From NCBI GenBank assembly GCA_964510165.1, contig CAZEBC010000039.1, forward strand, positions 1 to 12,644: a stretch of DNA of 12,644 nt. The letters are read 5' to 3'. The stretch is from an uncultured bacterium. GTDB lineage: Bacteria; Abyssobacteria; SURF-5. Below the pieces are notes generated by a model, which was given only the letters and a program-made list of their open reading frames with translations, made no database searches and was not told the DNA's origin. This document shows, one piece after another, positions 7,594 to 12,644 of this stretch. The stretch's first letter is position 1. The number at the start of each line of letters is the position of its first letter. The position numbers were made by a program, and so were the translations under genes.

Positions 7594-8568
7594 TCAACTT
7601 CGTGATGCCGCCGCCTCATAAAATCGCTCGATCAGCGAAATGATTCCCGCCGAATCCTTCAACTGCCCGACTAATCCGCGTGGAATCGCGCCGATCCCGT
7701 TTAACGCGCCGCTGATGGCGCCCGCAATCGCCGCGACTGTGTCGGTGTCGCCTCCCGCATTTATTGCCCCAACGACAGCATCCGTATAATTCCGCCTGTT
7801 TCTCAAAAAGAAATAAAATGCGCACAGGACGGTCGGGATGACGTACGGAGTCACCCAGCCGGGCCGCGCCGGGCCCATCTCGGGCTCGCCCGAGGCATAG
7901 ATCAACGGAAGCGCCTCGGCGGGATCAAGCGGAATCCAGCCGATTAGGTCCTCGATGGCCTCCGCGAAAAGCCCGCTCGTCTCGCGCACGGTTTTCGCAA
8001 TATCCTCCAGGAACTCGCCCGGCGAGAACTCAGAGGAATTCAGGCACATCCGGACGGCCGTGGCGACGGTGATTGCGCCTGCGATTGACCGCGAATCCTT
8101 ATGGGTTATGACGCTCGCTGTCCGGGCATCGCGCTCGATGTCTTCCGGATGCGCATGGTCCCAAAGCCCTATCGGAGAGGCGCGCATGGCCGTGCCATTC
8201 CCTGCCCGGCCTTCAGGCGTGCCGGCCTTATCCCACCGCATGCCGCGATGCATCATGTTGTACACGGCTTCGGTTGTGCTCGAGCCCGCGCCCACGATCT
8301 CGCGGGTCTCCCACAGCCGGACGAACTCCCTCGCCATCTCGGCGCCGTCCACGCTCCGGGTTCGACATATCGCGCGTATCGTCGCGAGCGTGAGCAGCGT
8401 GTCGTCTGTGTACTGGCCGAGTGGATAGCCGGGCATCTTCTCGAACCGAACGCCGCTTGGCGGAACCCTGTAGGAATGAGGCGGCGAACCTTCGTACGGA
8501 GCCCCCAAGGCGTCACCCACGGCGCATCCGAGTATCGCCCCCAGAAATTTATCGCGCGCCACATCCAC
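7594..8568 (-). CDS. ADP-ribosylglycohydrolase (DraG/ARH family, 324 aa)
   Basis: Motifs GCAVGDALG, YTDDT, GNGTAMRASP, ITH and GGDTDTVAAIAGAISGA, including the metal-binding Asp residues. GTG start with a GGAGGG SD at 8577..8582. Confidence 0.92.
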   Translation of the reverse strand: MDVARDKFLGAILGCAVGDALGAPYEGSPPHSYRVPPSGVRFEKMPGYPLGQYTDDTLLTLATIRAICRTRSVDGAEMAREFVRLWETREIVGAGSSTTEAVYNMMHRGMRWDKAGTPEGRAGNGTAMRASPIGLWDHAHPEDIERDARTASVITHKDSRSIAGAITVATAVRMCLNSSEFSPGEFLEDIAKTVRETSGLFAEAIEDLIGWIPLDPAEALPLIYASGEPEMGPARPGWVTPYVIPTVLCAFYFFLRNRRNYTDAVVGAINAGGDTDTVAAIAGAISGALNGIGAIPRGLVGQLKDSAGIISLIERFYEAAASRS

Positions 8569-8590
8569 GGCAAATTCCCTCCATCGTCAA

Positions 8591-8619
8591 ATGCTATCAA
8601 AAATCGGATTTTTTGTCGA
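8591..8619 (-). promoter_or_regulatory. Internal sigma70-type promoter upstream of the ARH gene, with an extended -10 and a palindrome in the spacer
   Basis: The minus strand reads TCGACA (-35, 8619..8614), 17 bp, then TAGCAT (-10, 8596..8591), preceded by TGa (TGn extension). The spacer contains AAAAATC-N-GATTTTT (8599..8613). Confidence 0.6.
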
Positions 8620-8749
8620 GGGCGAGAGACTAGGCGTTGCGGGAGGAGGGTTACCGGTTCGCTTTTCCGCCGATCGAAAACTTGGAGAAGTGTCTTATCT
8701 TGACGGTGATTCGAAAATGCTGTTCCGTCGTGGCGCGCCTGCAATCGGG

Positions 8750-10102
8750 TCAAATCGGAAACGTTCCGGCGCCGGAAGATGACCGGCAGACGAACATGTG
8801 CTCCGGAGACCGCTGTGGCGAAAGGCCTCCCCTGCCAAGATAATGCGCGTAGTACCTTCTTTCCACCGACTCGATGAACGCTGCGGCCTCTTCATCCGCA
8901 ACAAGGCTGATCGCGCAGCCGCCGAAGCCGGCGCCTGTCAGTCTGGAACCCAGGGCGCCCGATTCCATCGCGATCTCGGTGAGCGCATCGAGCTCGGGAC
9001 AACTCACCTCGAAATCCGCCGAGCAACTCCGGTGTGATTGACACATGAGCGCTCCAAACTCGGACATGTCTCCTGCCCGCAGGGCGTCGACCGCTCGCTG
9101 AACTCGACGGCCCTCCGAAAACACATGCCTGCATCGGCGCCTGAGCTTGAAGCCGGGGAGCGAGCGAACCTCCTCATCCGAGAATGCTCCAAGGAAAGCA
9201 CGGTGGACAAATTGCGCGCCTGCTCCCAGAAGCTCAGCGACTTCGTCAAGCGAGCAAGTCTCCTTCTTGAAGGTCCCTTCCAAAAGAGAATCAATGTCCG
9301 CGTCGGAAAGGCCGGCTTTCCTCGAAAAGTCGCCGAGCCGCTCGATCACGCAATTCGCGGAGGTAAGCCGTCGAGCCAGCGCCGCGGCCGCCATGTGTGA
9401 TTCTGCGGCCCGAAGATTGTACGCGACTCTGGCGGACGCGCTCTTCGCAGCGGGAACCATGCTGTGCGACACGATGAAGCTGTAACCGGAGGGAATCGGG
9501 ATACGCTCGGTCATCAGGGGAAAGAAGTCAATCTTGAGCGCGTAGCCTTGCCGCGCCATCAGGCAGACGGCCTGGTCCATCCCGCCGCCCCGCGTGCCGA
9601 CGTAGCGCTCGCCTTCGGCTAGCAGTTCTGCCAGGGGCTTCCGCCCGATTTCTTTCCCGTTCGCTTCGAGCAGCGTCAGCGCGAACGCCACCACGAGTGC
9701 CGACGAAGATGAAAGCCCGCTTGCAATCGGGATGTCGCCGGATACGACCGCGTCAAATCCCTTGAGATCCCCCGAAATAGATTGCTGGAGCGCCTGCGCC
9801 GCGGCCTTCGCATAGTTGCCCCAATCGCCAGGCGCAAACGACTCGATCCGCTCCGATATCTCGAATCGGCGCGGCTTGAAGCGCGGGTCAAAGTTTCGGA
9901 TTTCGATTGCATGGTCCGACCGCGGCGCCGCCGCAATCATGATCTCACGGTCAATCGCCATCGGCAGGACGGGAAGGCCGTTGTAGTCGGTATGCTCGCC
10001 AATCAGATTGACCCGGCCCGGCGCGCGAACCAGGAACACGCGGGTTCGTTCAGGAAAGGTTTGTCTGAATTTCCGAACGACCTTTGCGTGTGAATGGGTC
10101 AT
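8750..10102 (-). CDS. galK: Galactokinase-family GHMP sugar-1-kinase, long GALK2/Gal1-like form (450 aa; start corrected to ATG10102)
   Basis: Galactokinase signature RAPGRVNLIGEHTDYNG, ATP-binding loop PIASGLSSSSA, GGGMDQ, and GSRLTGAGFGGC. ATG10102 overlaps the MFS stop codon (ATGA). The longer 10417 start lies inside the MFS gene. Confidence 0.9.
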   Translation of the reverse strand: MTHSHAKVVRKFRQTFPERTRVFLVRAPGRVNLIGEHTDYNGLPVLPMAIDREIMIAAAPRSDHAIEIRNFDPRFKPRRFEISERIESFAPGDWGNYAKAAAQALQQSISGDLKGFDAVVSGDIPIASGLSSSSALVVAFALTLLEANGKEIGRKPLAELLAEGERYVGTRGGGMDQAVCLMARQGYALKIDFFPLMTERIPIPSGYSFIVSHSMVPAAKSASARVAYNLRAAESHMAAAALARRLTSANCVIERLGDFSRKAGLSDADIDSLLEGTFKKETCSLDEVAELLGAGAQFVHRAFLGAFSDEEVRSLPGFKLRRRCRHVFSEGRRVQRAVDALRAGDMSEFGALMCQSHRSCSADFEVSCPELDALTEIAMESGALGSRLTGAGFGGCAISLVADEEAAAFIESVERRYYAHYLGRGGLSPQRSPEHMFVCRSSSGAGTFPI

Positions 10103-11400
10103 GCTGAAATTTGAGAATCTCTCGCAGCGGCCGCCCTGGCGCCCTCTTCGACATCCACGCGCGAAAGCAACAGACCGCCTACGACGAAAAAGAAGATTAA
10201 GGACACGATGCTCAGCCGGCTCGTCCCGGTCAGTTGGCCGACCACGGCAAAGACGAGCGGGCCGATGATGCCCGCAAACTTGCTGCTCACACTGTAGAAA
10301 CCGAAGAACTCCGCCGATTTCGATTTGGGAACCATCCGCCCGAACAGCGAGCGGCTGAGCGCCTGCGCGCCGCCCTGCGCGCTCGCCACCGCCACCGCCA
10401 GCGCCCAGAAATGCCATGCCTTGCTCATGAAGTAGCCGCCGATGGAGACAAGGCAGTATATCCCGAGCGCGAGGAAGATCGCGCGCTTCGTTCCCAGCGA
10501 TTTGGCCACCGATGCGAACGCCATGGTGAAGGGAATCCCCAGGAACTGCACCAATAGCAGCGCGCCGATAAGAGAAGACCGATCAATCCCGATTTCGTTC
10601 CCGTAAATCGTCGCCATCTTGATGATTGTGCCGATGCCGTCGCTGTACAGCCAGAAAGCGATCAGGAACTTGGTTAGTTCCTTGTATTGGCGAATGTGCC
10701 GAAACGTTGCGAGCAGCCTGCGAAAACCCGCGCGCACGGGCGACATCTCGCCGACCCAACGCTCGGCGGGCGGCTCCGGCACCCGGCGAAACAGCGGGAT
10801 CGAGAACGCCGCCCACCATATGCCCACGCTCAGGAAAGAAACCCGCGAGGCGATCTCGCCATCGGCCATGAAGAAGAATTTCGGATATTGAATCCAGGCG
10901 AGATTCAGCGCCAGCAGAAGCCCGCCGCCGAGGTATCCGACAGCGAACCCCTTGGAGGAAACCCGGTCGACATCCTTCGGAGTGGTTATGTGAGGAAGGA
11001 GCGACTCGTAGAAGATGATGCTGCCCGCAAACCCGACGTCGCCGAGGATGAAGAAAAGCGAGGCCGTCAGCCAGTCCCCTCGGCCCACCGTCACCAGCAA
11101 ACTCGAGAACACGACGCCGAGCGCGGCGAACGCGAAGAGGAATTTTTTCTTCGCGCCCGAATAATCCGCGATCGCCCCGAGGATGGGCGCGCACACAGCG
11201 ACGGAGAAGAGCGCCAGCGACGCGGTGTATCCCCAATACACAGTCGCCCGGTTTCCCGGCAGGGTCGCGCCGGCCACCGTCCCGTAGTATATCGGGAACA
11301 CCGCAGCCAGAATCGTCGTCGCAAACGCCGAATTCGCCCAGTCATACATGCACCAGGCGTTTACGGTCTTGCGATACTCGATCCGGTCGTCTCCAGGCAT
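10099..11400 (-). CDS. MFS transporter, Atg22-like/UMF1 (YxiO/BtlA-like) family (433 aa)
   Basis: Family-typical N-terminal motif AWCMYDWANSAF, plus PILGAIAD, YESLLP, RVSSKGFAVGYLGG, WWAAFSIP, WLYSDG and GGAQALSRSLFGRMVP...AEFFGFY. About 12 hydrophobic segments. Confidence 0.88.
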   Translation of the reverse strand: MPGDDRIEYRKTVNAWCMYDWANSAFATTILAAVFPIYYGTVAGATLPGNRATVYWGYTASLALFSVAVCAPILGAIADYSGAKKKFLFAFAALGVVFSSLLVTVGRGDWLTASLFFILGDVGFAGSIIFYESLLPHITTPKDVDRVSSKGFAVGYLGGGLLLALNLAWIQYPKFFFMADGEIASRVSFLSVGIWWAAFSIPLFRRVPEPPAERWVGEMSPVRAGFRRLLATFRHIRQYKELTKFLIAFWLYSDGIGTIIKMATIYGNEIGIDRSSLIGALLLVQFLGIPFTMAFASVAKSLGTKRAIFLALGIYCLVSIGGYFMSKAWHFWALAVAVASAQGGAQALSRSLFGRMVPKSKSAEFFGFYSVSSKFAGIIGPLVFAVVGQLTGTSRLSIVSLIFFFVVGGLLLSRVDVEEGARAAAARDSQISA

Positions 11401-11448
11401 AGGCTAGCGGGTAGAATTCGCCCTTGATATTGATTTTCGCCTGAGTTC

Positions 11449-12312
11449 TTATCTTATCCCCACGTCCACTATCGTCAGCGCCATGAGAAGCAGGCTCACC
11501 ATGCCGTTGACGTTGAAGAACGCGGCGTTGACACGCGAGAGGTCGTGCGGCTTGACAATGGAATGTTCATATAAGAGAAGCAGGCTCACGAGGGCGATGC
11601 CTGCCAGGAATATCGTGCCGAGATGAGCGGTCAAGAAGACGACCATCAGTATGACAATCATTCCACAATGCAGCAGCGCCGCCAGCGCCAGCGCGCGCGC
11701 CGTCCCCAGCCGCTTCGGCAGCGAGTAAAGCCCGACCCGTTTGTCGAACTCGATGTCCTGGCACGCGTAAATTATGTCGAAGCCCGCCGTCCAAAGGAGC
11801 ACCGCCAGCCCGAGCAGGATGGGCACGATGTGGAACTCTTCCCTGACAGCGATCCACGCGCCCACCGGCGCGATAGCAAGCGAAAGCCCGAGCACGAAGT
11901 GCGAATAGTCGGTGAACCGCTTGGTGTAGGAATAGCCGAGGATTATCGCGAGCGCGACCGGCGAGAGCATGAACGCCAGCCGGTTGAGTTGATACGCGGA
12001 GAACAGGAACAGTGCCGCCATCGCCGCCATGAACGCGGCCGTCTGCCCGATGGTGAGCTTTCCGGTCGGAATCTCCCTCTGCGCCGTGCGCGGATTCATC
12101 GCATCATAGCGCGCGTCAACGATGCGGTTGAACGACATGGCCGCGCTCCGCGCGCCGACCATGCACATCACTATCCAGAATATCTGGCGTCCGGTCGGAA
12201 GCCCGCCCGCCGCCAGAAACGCGCTCATGATCGCGAACGGCAGCGCGAACACCGTGTGCGGAAACTTTATCATCCCGAGAATGGCGGCGATTCGCTCGAT
12301 TATCTTCTTCAT
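11449..12312 (-). CDS. ubiA: UbiA-family polyprenyltransferase of the MqnP type (futalosine-pathway menaquinone synthesis; 287 aa from ATG12312)
   Basis: Motifs [41 protein letters not shown] (first Asp-rich motif), [22 protein letters not shown] (second Asp-rich motif) and AFFNVNG. ATG12312 overlaps the ubiX stop (ATGA); TTG12327 is an alternative start. Confidence 0.88.
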   Translation of the reverse strand: MKKIIERIAAILGMIKFPHTVFALPFAIMSAFLAAGGLPTGRQIFWIVMCMVGARSAAMSFNRIVDARYDAMNPRTAQREIPTGKLTIGQTAAFMAAMAALFLFSAYQLNRLAFMLSPVALAIILGYSYTKRFTDYSHFVLGLSLAIAPVGAWIAVREEFHIVPILLGLAVLLWTAGFDIIYACQDIEFDKRVGLYSLPKRLGTARALALAALLHCGMIVILMVVFLTAHLGTIFLAGIALVSLLLLYEHSIVKPHDLSRVNAAFFNVNGMVSLLLMALTIVDVGIR

Positions 12313-12644
12313 GCTTTGTCGTTCCAACGCTCGAATAAATTATGCGGTATGCCCAACTGATCCAATACCTTGCCCACAATAAAACCGACCATGTCGTCCA
12401 CGGTCTGAGGCCCGTTGTAAAACGCGGGCATCGCCGGAAGGATGCATGCGCCCGCCCTCGCCGCCCGAAGCATGTTCTCAAGCGCGATGATTCCGATGGG
12501 CGTCTCGCGCGGGACGAGAATCAGCGGGCGCCGCTCCTTCAGCGTCACATCGGCGGCGCGAAGGATGAGGTTCGTTCCAAGCCCCGCCGCCACCCCCGCG
12601 AGAGTGGACATGCTGCACGGGATTATCACCATCGCGTCCACCGG
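12309..12644 (-). CDS. ubiX: Flavin prenyltransferase UbiX, C-terminal part (5' end outside the window)
   Basis: Motifs [50 protein letters not shown] and the C-terminal RW. The frame stays open to the window edge. Confidence 0.93.
   Translation of the reverse strand, partial: PVDAMVIIPCSMSTLAGVAAGLGTNLILRAADVTLKERRPLILVPRETPIGIIALENMLRAARAGACILPAMPAFYNGPQTVDDMVGFIVGKVLDQLGIPHNLFERWNDKA

Noticed and set aside
7594-8568. Assignment of the ARH as nitrogenase regulator draG or as a toxin immunity protein
   Set aside because: No draT, nif or ADP-ribosyltransferase toxin gene lies in the window, so only a family-level call is supported.
8620-8749. Possible ncRNA, terminator or + strand promoter in the rest of the galK-ARH spacer (GGAGGAGG at 8642..8649, TTGACG at 8700..8705, short GACGG/CCGTC dyad)
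   Set aside because: There is no strong hairpin with a U-tract, no -10 element at the correct spacing from TTGACG, and no credible + strand ORF after the SD-like run.
10103-10417. 105-aa N-terminal extension of the galactokinase ORF in the ORF track (555 aa)
   Set aside because: It lies out of frame inside the MFS gene and has an Arg/Gly-rich non-protein-like composition. ATG10102 gives an ATGA coupling and a normal GalK N-terminus.
11449-12312. Idea that the UbiA-family enzyme is a decaprenyl-phosphate phosphoribosyltransferase making the lipid-linked donor for the GT-C proteins
   Set aside because: The motifs ([13 protein letters not shown], [30 protein letters not shown]) and the coupling to ubiX fit the quinone MqnP/UbiA branch, and no DprE-like genes are present.
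10687-12360. 246-aa and 245-aa + strand ORFs opposite the MFS and ubiA genes
   Set aside because: Antisense shadows of membrane-protein genes with strongly biased composition.
1-12644. CRISPR arrays, IS elements, tRNA/rRNA genes and long tandem repeats
   Set aside because: None were seen. The window is almost entirely coding, with short spacers and no regularly spaced repeats or transposase/integrase motifs.

Overview
GC-rich bacterial chromosomal window with no rRNA, tRNA, CRISPR array or mobile element visible. The + strand carries a 60-aa Cys-rich coiled-coil microprotein, an unannotated ~37-aa CGCGC ORF behind a duplicated ribosome-binding cassette, an intrinsic terminator, and a near-consensus sigma70 promoter driving an 837-aa YfhO-like (GT-C fold) membrane glycosyltransferase. 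The - strand carries a gene string converging on it: ubiX (5'-truncated), a UbiA/MqnP-type prenyltransferase, an Atg22/UMF1-like MFS transporter, a long eukaryote-type (GALK2/Gal1-like) galactokinase, then an internal promoter with a palindrome in its spacer, an ADP-ribosylglycohydrolase, a GH2 beta-mannosidase-like hydrolase and a second YfhO-like protein. The two YfhO-like genes overlap tail-to-tail by 75 bp. The best leads are the tandem CGCGC microprotein pair, the GALK2-like kinase coupled to the MFS transporter, and the ARH-GH2-YfhO sub-operon. Family calls come from motif recognition only; no database search was run.
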